A DNA stretch of 64,000 nucleotides from a virus, in IMG/VR virus record IMGVR_UViG_3300027759_000048; one strand, given 5' to 3'. Position 1 is the first letter of the stretch. Each line of letters opens with the position of its first letter. The translations under genes were made by a program, and so were the position numbers. The notes below the pieces were generated by a model. The model did not search any database and was not told the origin of the DNA. It saw only the letters and a list, made by a program, of their open reading frames with translations. Below, piece after piece: positions 41,047 to 50,664 of the stretch.

Positions 41047-42708
41047 ATGTCAATTCTAAGAGTAGCAAACGTTCAGTTTAACGCCTCAGGCACCAGACGT
41101 ATCGATTACGATTCTGTGGCTGATGATGGTATCATTAAAGTATCAGCGGCTGCCATTAGACTACCTGTAGGTGATACTGCTTCTCGTCCTAATTCACAAG
41201 CTGGTATGATACGCTACAATAGTGATACAGGTTACGTTGAGTTTGGTGGTAATACTAACTGGATTCCTGTTGCTTCTAATGCTGCTTTTAATGTTGCCAA
41301 CGCTGCCTTTGCCTCAGCTAACAATGTTGCTCCGCAAGTAACACCTGCTTTTCTAACTGCTAACAATGCTTATGCTTCAATCAATTCTAATTGGACAGTA
41401 ACGAACGCCATATACGGTATAGCAAATACATCATTGACAACTAGTAATTATTTGACATATTCCTTTCCAAGAAGAGGCCTTAGTGTAAATCAAGGTAGTG
41501 ATTCAAACACTTATTACTATCTAATTGGTACCATTGGTAATAATAATGGTAATTTTCATGTTAGAGGAAATATAGGCGGACACGATGGTCCTGCTGGAGG
41601 AACACAAGGTGCTGCCTCTGTTGTAATTTCAATATTTTCAAGAGTTGGTAATATTCCTGTTCAAGGTCTTATCAATGGATCCATAGGTAACCAAGACCTT
41701 CAAGTTTATAAAGATTCAGGTAACAATGTCTATATATACGTTAAAAGTACCGCATATTCTCTAATTGATCTTCAATACAGCGATGCTGCTGGAGCGACTT
41801 CTTATTACTCTCCAACTGGATCTCAGACTACTCCAGTCTCTCTTGGATACACATTAACGTGGGCGGCCGCCAATAATCAAGGCAATTCAACCACATCTAC
41901 TGCAATCCAAGGAACTCTTAGTGCATCAAATCTTGGTGTTGGTAATACTACACCAGGTGCCGCAAAACTTCACATAACTGCCGCCAACACAATTGGTGGT
42001 ATCGGTTATGCAGATTTCTTGAGAGTAACAAACAACTCATATCCCGCTGTTACAAATCCTGTTAAAACTTTTAGACTGAACCAATCTGGTAGTTTTGAGA
42101 TTATCAATAACGCATATACTCAAGTTATTGCCGCTCTTGATGATACCGGTAACTTAGTTACTTCAGGAAATATAACATCATCTTCTCGTGGCATTGCAAA
42201 AGCATCAATGCCTGCTGGATCGGTATTACAAGCAGCATCTACTACAAAAACAGACACTTTTAGTACCGCAGTCAATATTTCCGCCTCAGGCGGTAGTTAT
42301 ACATCTACAGGCACAACTGTTACAGGATTATCGGTTACAATAACGCCTACTAGTTCTACAAGTAAAATTTTAGTCATGGTTAATTTGAATGGTATGGGAA
42401 CACCCGGTGTTGCTCAATTGTATTGTTTATTATACAGAGATTCTACATTAATCGGAAATCCATCTCCGGTTAGTGCTAGACCCGGTGTAATGGCAAGAAC
42501 TCATTCTGAAAATGGTGTCATTGTAGTAGGAACTTGTTCTTTTTCTCATCTGGATTCTCCGGCGACCACATCAGCAGTAACATATTCAGTAAAAGTTGGG
42601 GGTGAAAACTCCGGAACGGTTTATGTGAATAGATCATATTCTGATGGCGACTCTACTAATGGAGCTAGAATGTCCAGCACAATCACCGTTATGGAGATCG
42701 CTCAGTAA
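41047..42708 (+). CDS. Fiber with 'GSVLQA...STITVMEIAQ' tip domain
   Basis: LPVGDTASRP...GMIRYNSD; tip paralogous to 39748..41013. Confidence 0.75.
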   Translation: MSILRVANVQFNASGTRRIDYDSVADDGIIKVSAAAIRLPVGDTASRPNSQAGMIRYNSDTGYVEFGGNTNWIPVASNAAFNVANAAFASANNVAPQVTPAFLTANNAYASINSNWTVTNAIYGIANTSLTTSNYLTYSFPRRGLSVNQGSDSNTYYYLIGTIGNNNGNFHVRGNIGGHDGPAGGTQGAASVVISIFSRVGNIPVQGLINGSIGNQDLQVYKDSGNNVYIYVKSTAYSLIDLQYSDAAGATSYYSPTGSQTTPVSLGYTLTWAAANNQGNSTTSTAIQGTLSASNLGVGNTTPGAAKLHITAANTIGGIGYADFLRVTNNSYPAVTNPVKTFRLNQSGSFEIINNAYTQVIAALDDTGNLVTSGNITSSSRGIAKASMPAGSVLQAASTTKTDTFSTAVNISASGGSYTSTGTTVTGLSVTITPTSSTSKILVMVNLNGMGTPGVAQLYCLLYRDSTLIGNPSPVSARPGVMARTHSENGVIVVGTCSFSHLDSPATTSAVTYSVKVGGENSGTVYVNRSYSDGDSTNGARMSSTITVMEIAQ

Positions 42709-44390
42709 TGTCAACCCTTAGCGTTCAAACCATCAGAGACATTCGTAGTATGGATTTCAGCAACACAGAGTTCGCTGGTGCGTATAATGCTTCTAATGCT
42801 GCGTTCAATTCTGCCAATCTTTCTTATAACGCACAAAATGTTGTGTTTGCTGTTGCTAATGCTTCTTATAACTCCGTCAATTCTAATTGGACAGTTACTA
42901 ATACTGTATATGGTGTTGCTAACGCTGCCTTTGCTTCAGCTAACAATGTAGCACCACAAGTAACACCTGCGTTTAATACAGCCAACTTAGCCTATGCTAA
43001 AGCTAACTCAGCATTACCAAACACAACTAATGCTGTGTTTCAAGGCAATCTAACAATCACCGGCGCATTGACTATCGGTCAGAATACAGTAACAATCACA
43101 GAAACCTCGCTAAATGTAGCTAATGGATTGTTTGTTACCAAAGATTACATGACAATACCAACCGGTAATACTGCTCAGAGACCGTCAGGCGCAATGCCAG
43201 GTATGATGAGATTTAACACAGAAACGGGTTATCTCGAACAATATTCACAAGGTTCGTGGTCGAGTATTTCAACACCACCAGTGATTTCAAATGTAACACC
43301 ATCATCATTTAGCGGTGAAACTGGTACCACATTTACTATCAATGGATCAAATTTTGACGGATCACCTGTAGTAAAATTTATCACTAATGGTGGCACAGAA
43401 TACTTCGCATCAGTAACAACTAGAGTTAGTGCTTCTCAATTAACAGCAACTACTCCACAAGATTTTACTATTGCTAATGAACCTCTCAAAGTAAAAGTTA
43501 TTAATGCTAGTGGTTTGTCTTTTGTATTGGATTCAGCTATTGATTGTGGTGGTGTTCCTGCCTGGGCTAATTCATCTGGTTCATTAGGATCCACAATAGG
43601 TGGTATAGGTTCTGGTGTTTTGGCAACAGCAAATGCGACTGATCCAGATATTGGTGCTACTTTATCATATTCATTAACCTCAGGATCTCTACCAGCAGGT
43701 TGTTATCTAGGTTCATCAAACGGTAACATCTTTGGTACAACAACATTTTCAGAAAGCAATACTACATATAGTTTTACATTAACAGCAACAGATAATGCCG
43801 GCAATCAAACACCACGCAGTTTCTCTTTCTTGGTGGAAAGAGGTGTAGAATCTGGTGGGGGATTGGGATATCTATCGCAATTTGCGGACAAAACCGTTGC
43901 TAATAATATTACAAACACTGGCATGACACTCTATTATGCTAATGCTCAAGCGGCAAGTCCGAATAGTCCAACAAATTGGTTAAATTATAGTTATGGCAAT
44001 TTCGCAATTCATACAGGTCATGATGGTGTTAAACCAACATATCTGTGTTTCAACTTAACAGGCGGAACGCCTCGTGCTCTAAATAGATTTCGCTGGGTTA
44101 AACATGCTAATGCTTGTGGTAATATTGATTTTTATGGATCAAATCAAAACATTACTAGCGGTAACTATCAAACTATTGGTAATTGGACATATCTAGGTCG
44201 TGGTCATATGGGTGGTTCAGGTTCAGAGGGTGATGGTACCGTAAAAACAGCAGCCTTCAATTCAAGTCGATATGGTTATCGTTGGTATATGGTTCTTGTT
44301 AGAGATATTGGTGGTTCACTTGCTTATCCGTCTGAGGGTAACATGGGTGGTTATGCTATGTATGGAGCAACATTCGATTATGTTGCTTAA
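42708..44390 (+). CDS. Fiber with Ig-like (IPT/TIG and He_PIG-like) domains and a putative discoidin-like C-terminal domain
   Basis: IPTGNTAQRP..GMMRFN; PVISNVTPSS...FTINGSNF; ATDPD...YSLTSGSLPAG; YRWYMVLV. Confidence 0.7.
   Translation: MSTLSVQTIRDIRSMDFSNTEFAGAYNASNAAFNSANLSYNAQNVVFAVANASYNSVNSNWTVTNTVYGVANAAFASANNVAPQVTPAFNTANLAYAKANSALPNTTNAVFQGNLTITGALTIGQNTVTITETSLNVANGLFVTKDYMTIPTGNTAQRPSGAMPGMMRFNTETGYLEQYSQGSWSSISTPPVISNVTPSSFSGETGTTFTINGSNFDGSPVVKFITNGGTEYFASVTTRVSASQLTATTPQDFTIANEPLKVKVINASGLSFVLDSAIDCGGVPAWANSSGSLGSTIGGIGSGVLATANATDPDIGATLSYSLTSGSLPAGCYLGSSNGNIFGTTTFSESNTTYSFTLTATDNAGNQTPRSFSFLVERGVESGGGLGYLSQFADKTVANNITNTGMTLYYANAQAASPNSPTNWLNYSYGNFAIHTGHDGVKPTYLCFNLTGGTPRALNRFRWVKHANACGNIDFYGSNQNITSGNYQTIGNWTYLGRGHMGGSGSEGDGTVKTAAFNSSRYGYRWYMVLVRDIGGSLAYPSEGNMGGYAMYGATFDYVA
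42709..42733 (+). repeat. 25-bp direct repeat, copy 1 (TGTCAACCCTTAGCGTTCAAACCAT)
   Basis: Identical to 44412..44436. Confidence 0.9.
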
Positions 44391-44411
44391 CACAGTAAAA
44401 GGAACAAACGT

Positions 44412-44436
44412 TGTCAACCCTTAGCGTTCAAACCAT
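44412..44436 (+). repeat. 25-bp direct repeat, copy 2, within an 11-codon mini-ORF (44411..44446)
   Basis: Identical to 42709..42733. Confidence 0.9.
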
Positions 44437-44446
44437 AGAGAGATAA

Positions 44447-46024
44447 ATGGCATTAGATTTTCCACCATCACCTTCCGACGGACAGATATTTGTAGATCCT
44501 ACATCAGGAAGTAAATATATCTATGTAGCTGCTACAACAAAATGGCAGTCAATCCAACACGTCGGTGTGATAGTAGCATATGGCTTTGATAAAGCTAATG
44601 CCGCATTCATAACTGCTAATGCCGCTTATGGCGCTGCTAACAATGTTGGACCGCAGCTTGCTCCAGCATTCAATACCGCTAATGCTGCTTTTGCTGTTGC
44701 CAACTCTGCTTTACCAAACGTAAGCAATACTGTGTTCGAGGGTAATCTAAGAATTACAGGCACATTATCAATCGGTACAAACACTGTAGTAATTACTGAT
44801 AACTCTATATCAGCACAATCTATCATTGTTGCAGGTTCACCTATTCCTTCTGGTGTAACATCCAATCTTGCTTTTGATACCGCTAATGCCGCATTTGCTT
44901 CAGCTAACAATGTTGCTCCTCAAATTGCTCCTGCTTTCAATACTGCTAATGCTGCCTTTGCTTCAGCTAACAATGTTGCACCACAAGTAACACCTGCTTT
45001 TCTAACTGCCAACTTAGCGTTTGCGGCTGCTAACAGTGCTAACATATACTCTAATAGTACCTATGTTAAACTAACATCATCAAGTCAGACAATTACCGGC
45101 GACCTTGCTATCACTGGCAATTTATCACTATTAGGTAATGTAACAACATTACGATCAAACAATCTGATTGTTAATGACTCGCTAATCTATCTTGCTGCCA
45201 ACAACGATCTTTCTGATATTATAGACATCGGCTTTGTTGGTAACTATAGCAACGGAACAGCCAATCTACATACAGGTCTTTTCAGAGATCATGCTACCAA
45301 ACAATATTTTCTATTCAACAATCTAGGTGGACCTGAACCAGAAACAATAAACGATATAATTCCATATGCGAACGGTATGATCAATGCTGTTCTTAATGCT
45401 GATGTCATCACAAGTAACCTTACACTTGGCGGTGCTAATGCTATAAATTGGATTACGGCAGCTTATACATCTTCCAATGCTGATTATGCTACAAGCAATG
45501 CGGCTTTTAATACTACTAATGCTGCTTTTGGTAGAGCTAACACCGCTTTACAGAATACCAGTGGTACACTTGCTGGCAGTTTAACTATTACAGGTAGTTT
45601 AGGTATTGGAACAGGCGCTTCCGCTAATACGGGTGAAATTAGAGCAACAAATAACATTACCGCTTACTATTCCGATGAACGTTTAAAGAATATCATATCA
45701 ACTATTCAATCACCGTTAGAGAAAGTAAATCAACTATCAGGCGTCATATACACTAACAATGATGTGGCTGCCTCATTTGGTTATACAGATATGTCGGAGC
45801 AAGTCGGACTACTTGCCGGACAAGTGCAAAAAGTTTTACCTCAGATTGTTAAGTCTGCACCATTTGATACTGAGTTTATAGATGGTGTAGAGGTGTCAAA
45901 GTCAGGTCAGAATTATAAGACTGTTCAATATGAAAAAGTAATACCGCTGTTAGTTGAAGCAATCAAAGAGCAGCAGAAACAGATTGAGGAACTAAAGACA
46001 CTAATCTCAAGAGAAGTTAAATGA
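44447..46024 (+). CDS. Tail fiber with plug N-terminus and C-terminal intramolecular chaperone (peptidase S74-like)
   Basis: MALDFPPSPSDGQIF; YYSDERLKNI...GLLAGQVQKVLP...VQYEKVIPLLVEAIKEQQKQIEELK. Confidence 0.85.
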   Translation: MALDFPPSPSDGQIFVDPTSGSKYIYVAATTKWQSIQHVGVIVAYGFDKANAAFITANAAYGAANNVGPQLAPAFNTANAAFAVANSALPNVSNTVFEGNLRITGTLSIGTNTVVITDNSISAQSIIVAGSPIPSGVTSNLAFDTANAAFASANNVAPQIAPAFNTANAAFASANNVAPQVTPAFLTANLAFAAANSANIYSNSTYVKLTSSSQTITGDLAITGNLSLLGNVTTLRSNNLIVNDSLIYLAANNDLSDIIDIGFVGNYSNGTANLHTGLFRDHATKQYFLFNNLGGPEPETINDIIPYANGMINAVLNADVITSNLTLGGANAINWITAAYTSSNADYATSNAAFNTTNAAFGRANTALQNTSGTLAGSLTITGSLGIGTGASANTGEIRATNNITAYYSDERLKNIISTIQSPLEKVNQLSGVIYTNNDVAASFGYTDMSEQVGLLAGQVQKVLPQIVKSAPFDTEFIDGVEVSKSGQNYKTVQYEKVIPLLVEAIKEQQKQIEELKTLISREVK

Positions 46025-46662
46025 CCATAAAGGCATCAGGTTCATCTTTGTCTATGAGCGAGATTAACGCTGAATTTGCTTTAGGTAACAATCTCAATTC
46101 TCATAGAGGCATCGGTTGGTACTTGGATAATGTTCAAAAAGGAACTTTTTCTTCTGGAGCTATATCTTTCAGCGACTTTTATTCTAAGAGAAAAACCACT
46201 CCAGTAACCGCAGGAAGTGCAACGGTTTCTGCAAGTGGTAACTATACTGTTCCTCTATATGAAACACTAACGGTTACTGTATATGGTGGAAGAGGTGGAC
46301 AATCCGGCACACAAGATAGTGGTTGCGCTGGTTTACAGGGTTCTGGTAATGGCGGTACAGGAGGTGCAAGTAGTTTTGGAGCATTTGCTTCAGCGGCTGG
46401 AGGAGCTGGTGGTAGCGGAAATTTAGTTTCTGGATCTCAACCGTCTTCAGTAACAGTTTTCACCAATCCACTAAACGGTGGAACTGGACCAGCGACAGGT
46501 GCTGTTGTTGCTGTAACTTGTGGCGGTGGTGGCAGTGGGGGTAGCGGAGCCCCACAATATCGAACAGTACCTTCTGGTTGTAGCACCGTTTGTTCCCTTG
46601 TTAGTTATGCAGCAGCGGGTGCTGCTGGAGCTACCGGATCCGTAGTTATAAGTTGGACTTAG
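46021..46662 (+). CDS. Tip adhesin partner of the S74 fiber (Gly-rich, Cys-containing)
   Basis: MTIKASGSSLSMSEINAEF...GAISFSDFYSK N-terminus; VYGGRGG...GSVVISW; ATGA overlap with the fiber gene. Confidence 0.75.
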   Translation: MTIKASGSSLSMSEINAEFALGNNLNSHRGIGWYLDNVQKGTFSSGAISFSDFYSKRKTTPVTAGSATVSASGNYTVPLYETLTVTVYGGRGGQSGTQDSGCAGLQGSGNGGTGGASSFGAFASAAGGAGGSGNLVSGSQPSSVTVFTNPLNGGTGPATGAVVAVTCGGGGSGGSGAPQYRTVPSGCSTVCSLVSYAAAGAAGATGSVVISWT

Positions 46663-46666
46663 TATA

Positions 46667-47878
46667 ATGAACAAATATTTTTGTATGGCACCATTTAAAA
46701 GTTTAGAGATTAGACCCGAAGGAAAATGCACAGCCTGTCCTATATTTCGTGAAGATGGAATAATTAGAAACAGTGATGCGACAAATAGTTATATCCAAAA
46801 TTCCGATATATCTACTATCTGGAATAGTCCATGGTTAAATGATCTTAGACAAAGATTTACTAATGAAGAGAAAAGACCTGAGTGTCAGCTATGTTGGGAC
46901 AAAGAAGATGCTGGTGTAGTTAGTTTGCGACAACAGTTTAACAATGATTATGATTTGAAAAAAGTTGAAGAGCCTGTTATAGATGAGTTGATGATAAGGT
47001 TTTCAAACGAATGCAATTCTGCCTGTAGAGTTTGTTACTCTTGGTATAACAGTAGTCTCTGGGAAAAAGAGTTCTCAGAAACAGGAAGACACAACACCAA
47101 ACACAAAGATCATAATTCCTGGTTTGACAGAAGTAAAGTTAATAAGATTAATGAGAAGAATTGGGAAGACTGGAAAAAACATTTAGGTTCTGTCCAAAAA
47201 CTATTCATATCAGGCGGAGAGCCTTTGATCATGAAAGAGAGCATTAAGGTTATAGACTATCTTGTGGAAAGCGGAAATAGTAAGAACATCAATCTAAGAT
47301 TAGTCACAAACGGAACCGTCACTGACGAATTTCTGTTTGAAAAGTTGAATACGTTTAAAAGCGTAGACCTGAACTTCAGCATAGATGACATCGGTGAAAG
47401 ATATGACTACGAAAGATGGCCATGTAAATTTGATGCTGTTATGAAAAACTTAAAAGAGATTCATGATAGTAACAAATACTCCAACATTAACTTTTCGTTC
47501 AATACAGTTATAAGCGTTTTCAATATACTACATCTAAAAGACATACTGGAAAAGTTTAAAGAATTTCCTAAGTGGAATGTAAGTTTTGATTACATTTCTC
47601 AGTATCCTCAACATGTCAGCATAGCTAGTGTTCCTGAAAATTTAAAATTAGAAATCAAAAACTATTTGGATACTTTTGATTGGACTGATACCAATTGGAA
47701 GAAAGAAGATTACGATTATAAATCTGGTATCATTGATTTTCTATCTGTTAATAAGAGCGACTTACAACTCAGCGAATACGTTGATCTCTTAGACAGTGGG
47801 CTCAAAATTGACGACGAAAGACGACATCAAGATTGGAGAAAAACGTTTTCTAAACTAAATGATCTACTAGACATCTAG
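46667..47878 (+). CDS. Radical SAM protein with N-terminal SPASM/twitch-like domain
   Basis: CNSACRVC (CxxxCxxC), SGGEPL, VTNGT, FSID; N-terminal CMAPF..C..C...IWNS...RPECQLCW. Confidence 0.9.
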   Translation: MNKYFCMAPFKSLEIRPEGKCTACPIFREDGIIRNSDATNSYIQNSDISTIWNSPWLNDLRQRFTNEEKRPECQLCWDKEDAGVVSLRQQFNNDYDLKKVEEPVIDELMIRFSNECNSACRVCYSWYNSSLWEKEFSETGRHNTKHKDHNSWFDRSKVNKINEKNWEDWKKHLGSVQKLFISGGEPLIMKESIKVIDYLVESGNSKNINLRLVTNGTVTDEFLFEKLNTFKSVDLNFSIDDIGERYDYERWPCKFDAVMKNLKEIHDSNKYSNINFSFNTVISVFNILHLKDILEKFKEFPKWNVSFDYISQYPQHVSIASVPENLKLEIKNYLDTFDWTDTNWKKEDYDYKSGIIDFLSVNKSDLQLSEYVDLLDSGLKIDDERRHQDWRKTFSKLNDLLDI

Positions 47879-47884
47879 AAAACT

Positions 47885-48979
47885 ATGTTTAGATTTTCGC
47901 AATTATCATTGATAACTGTTGATATATCTAGTAGATGTCAGGCATCATGTCCTATGTGTCGTCGGAATATACATGGTGGATCTTTACATCCTGATCTGAT
48001 ACTGTCCGATTGGTCTTTAGAAGATTTTAAAAGTATCATCAATGAAGATGTTTTGAATCAGATTACCTATTTCTCTTTTTGTGGCAATAGTGGAGATCCG
48101 GCAATCAATAAAAACTTAGTAGATATGTGTCAGCATATAACAGACATAAATCCTAACGTTATAGTATCAATCAGCACCAATGGGAGTCTTCAAAAAGAAG
48201 ATTGGTGGAAACGATTAGCAAAGGCATTGCCTCCAGTTCATACTGTTCTTTTTGGTATCGACGGTTTAGAGGATACACATCATCTTTATAGAATTGGAAC
48301 CGACTACAACAAAATTATAGATAATGCTAAAGCGTTCATATCTGCGGGCGGATTCGCCGTTTGGCAATTCATTAAATTTAAACATAACGAACATCAGTTT
48401 GAGGAGGCTCGAGGAAGAGCCAAAGAATTAGGATTTCGAAACTTTATAATAAAGGAATCATCTAGGTTTGATAGTGCAAAAGAGTTTAAGGTCGTTGATG
48501 ATAAGAATGACACTCTCTATTACTTAGAAGCACCTAGTAATAACAGTCTGTTTTATCCAACAGAAGACATGGTTCTAAACTACAAGCATTATGCTCAAAT
48601 AGCAGACATCCGATGTTCCGCAAAAGAGACGAAACAACTCTATATAGATTCTTTAAAGAAGATTCGACCCTGTTGTTTCTTTGATGGACTAAATCCTCTT
48701 ACTGAAAACGAATATATATATTCAGAAATGAGACAAGTTTCGGATCAGCAAAATCTAGATTTGATTGACAGTTTGGGAGAAGTGGATTGTTCTAAAAAGT
48801 CAATAAAGGATATCATTGACAGCGAAACGTGGCAGATTGACTGGAACAAGCACTGGTGTGGGAACAACAAACTATTAACCTGCGTTAGAAACTGTGGACA
48901 ATGGAAGAAAGACGATCTGCCGGAAACCCTAGCACAGTGTTTTTACAATGAGGTGATAAGCGTCGATAGTTTTATATGA
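47885..48979 (+). CDS. Radical SAM protein with C-terminal SPASM/twitch-like domain
   Basis: CQASCPMC, CGNSGDP, STNGS, FGIDG; C-terminal IRC...LYID...PCC...CVRNCG. Confidence 0.9.
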   Translation: MFRFSQLSLITVDISSRCQASCPMCRRNIHGGSLHPDLILSDWSLEDFKSIINEDVLNQITYFSFCGNSGDPAINKNLVDMCQHITDINPNVIVSISTNGSLQKEDWWKRLAKALPPVHTVLFGIDGLEDTHHLYRIGTDYNKIIDNAKAFISAGGFAVWQFIKFKHNEHQFEEARGRAKELGFRNFIIKESSRFDSAKEFKVVDDKNDTLYYLEAPSNNSLFYPTEDMVLNYKHYAQIADIRCSAKETKQLYIDSLKKIRPCCFFDGLNPLTENEYIYSEMRQVSDQQNLDLIDSLGEVDCSKKSIKDIIDSETWQIDWNKHWCGNNKLLTCVRNCGQWKKDDLPETLAQCFYNEVISVDSFI

Positions 48980-48985
48980 AGGCTA

Positions 48986-48993
48986 TATAAATA
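48986..48993 (+). promoter_or_regulatory. Late promoter TATAAATA upstream of gp13
   Basis: Exact consensus, intergenic. Confidence 0.8.
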
Positions 48994-49018
48994 AGTAAAC
49001 AACAAATAAGAGAGTCAG

Positions 49019-49768
49019 ATGTCGCTCAACAAACCTGCTAACAAAGAAGAACTAAAAGAGTTTTGCCTCCGTCAGCTCGGCCATCCGGTTGTTCAAATCA
49101 ACGTGGATGATGAGCAGGTCAATGACGCCGTAGAACTTGCCTTTGAGTATTGGAATGAATTCCACTTTAACGGTACCGAACGCACATACGTTAAGCATCA
49201 GGTTACTAATACAGACAAGGCTAACAAATACATTACCGTTAGTGACAGTCTAATCGGCGCTACAAGAGTTTTTAGAGTTGGTCAAAACAAGATGGGTATG
49301 AATATGTTTGACCTTCGCTATCAGTTGCGTCTCAATGATCTTTGGGACTTATCATCCACATCATATGTCAATTACTCTCTCACAATGCAGCATCTAGCCA
49401 CACTCGATCTAGTGTTTACCGGTGAGCAGCCAATTCGTTTCAATCGCTTGACTGATAAGCTCTATGTTGATTGGGATTGGGAGAACGATATTCAAGCCGG
49501 TGAGTTTATGGTCGTTGAAGGATTCGTTATTACTGATCCTGATACATATACACAGGTATGGAATGATCGTATGCTCAAGAAACTCACCACAGCATACATC
49601 AAGAAACAATGGGGCACCAATATGTCCAAGTTCGACAAGATGCAATTGCCAGGCGGTGTCACTATGCGTGGTGTTGATATCTATAACGAAGCCGTCAATG
49701 ACATTGAAAAGGTTGAACAAAACATTCGTGAGACATATGAAGCCCCTCCAGGATTCTTGGTAGGCTAA
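49019..49768 (+). CDS. gp13: Neck protein gp13
   Basis: ELKEFCLRQLGHPVVQINVDDEQ; KKQWGTNMSKF..QLPGGV. Confidence 0.95.
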   Translation: MSLNKPANKEELKEFCLRQLGHPVVQINVDDEQVNDAVELAFEYWNEFHFNGTERTYVKHQVTNTDKANKYITVSDSLIGATRVFRVGQNKMGMNMFDLRYQLRLNDLWDLSSTSYVNYSLTMQHLATLDLVFTGEQPIRFNRLTDKLYVDWDWENDIQAGEFMVVEGFVITDPDTYTQVWNDRMLKKLTTAYIKKQWGTNMSKFDKMQLPGGVTMRGVDIYNEAVNDIEKVEQNIRETYEAPPGFLVG

Positions 49769-50664
49769 TGGCTCTCAATCGATACTTTAACAACTTTCCT
49801 CAGCAAAATCGTTTAAACAATGAGCATCGTCTTATGGAGGATGTTATTGTAGAGTCCATTGAGATCATGGGACATGGTGTATATTATATTCCTAGAGATT
49901 CCTACGATAGTGGTGATATGATCTTTGGTGAGTATAAGAACTCAAAGTTTTCTAAAGCATATACAATGGAAGCCTATCTCGCTAACGTCGAAGGCTTTGA
50001 AGGCGATGGTGATTTCTTTAGTAAGTTTGGATTAGAGATTAGAGACACATCTAACTTTGTCATCTCTCGCCGATCATTTGTCAAAGGTCTTCCTACAACA
50101 TTACGCACCAGACCACAAGAAGGGGATCTAATCTACGTTCCTCTAATGCATCGTCTATTTGAGATCAAGTTCATCGAAAAGAAACTTATGTTCTATTCTC
50201 TCGGTAACAGAGAGCCATACATCTATGAAATGCGCTGCGAACTATTCAGATTTAGTCAAGAAGAGATTGATACAGGTATTGAAGAGATTGATAAGATTGA
50301 ACAAGATAACGCATACACACAAAAACTAAATCTAGGTCTTACAGGCTTCAATAACTTCTTTGATAACGAGGTTGTCTATCAGAGTCCTGACGGAACATGG
50401 GCTAACAATACAGCAAATGGTGAGATTAGAGATTGGTATAAAGCCAATGGCACAATGTTTGTTGTTGGTATTGGTGGTCAATTCTCATCAAATGGTGCTA
50501 ATGGACTATATGGTAATACCTCAGGTGCTCAATTTAATGTGTTATCAGTTGATGACGAAAGAAACGACTACGTTAAGTTTGATATCTTTAACAACGAAGA
50601 CTTTGATACTGGCGCTGATCTAATACTAGACTTGTCAGAAACTAATCCGTTTGGAACGCCATAA
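49768..50664 (+). CDS. gp14: Neck protein gp14
   Basis: ESIEIMG..VYYIPR; FSKFGLEIRD; RPQEGDLIY; ETNPFG. Confidence 0.95.
   Translation: MALNRYFNNFPQQNRLNNEHRLMEDVIVESIEIMGHGVYYIPRDSYDSGDMIFGEYKNSKFSKAYTMEAYLANVEGFEGDGDFFSKFGLEIRDTSNFVISRRSFVKGLPTTLRTRPQEGDLIYVPLMHRLFEIKFIEKKLMFYSLGNREPYIYEMRCELFRFSQEEIDTGIEEIDKIEQDNAYTQKLNLGLTGFNNFFDNEVVYQSPDGTWANNTANGEIRDWYKANGTMFVVGIGGQFSSNGANGLYGNTSGAQFNVLSVDDERNDYVKFDIFNNEDFDTGADLILDLSETNPFGTP

Noticed and set aside
29249-46662. Diversity-generating retroelement or invertible shufflon
   Set aside because: No reverse transcriptase or recombinase in the window, no adenine-specific template/variable repeat pair seen, and all genes are co-oriented
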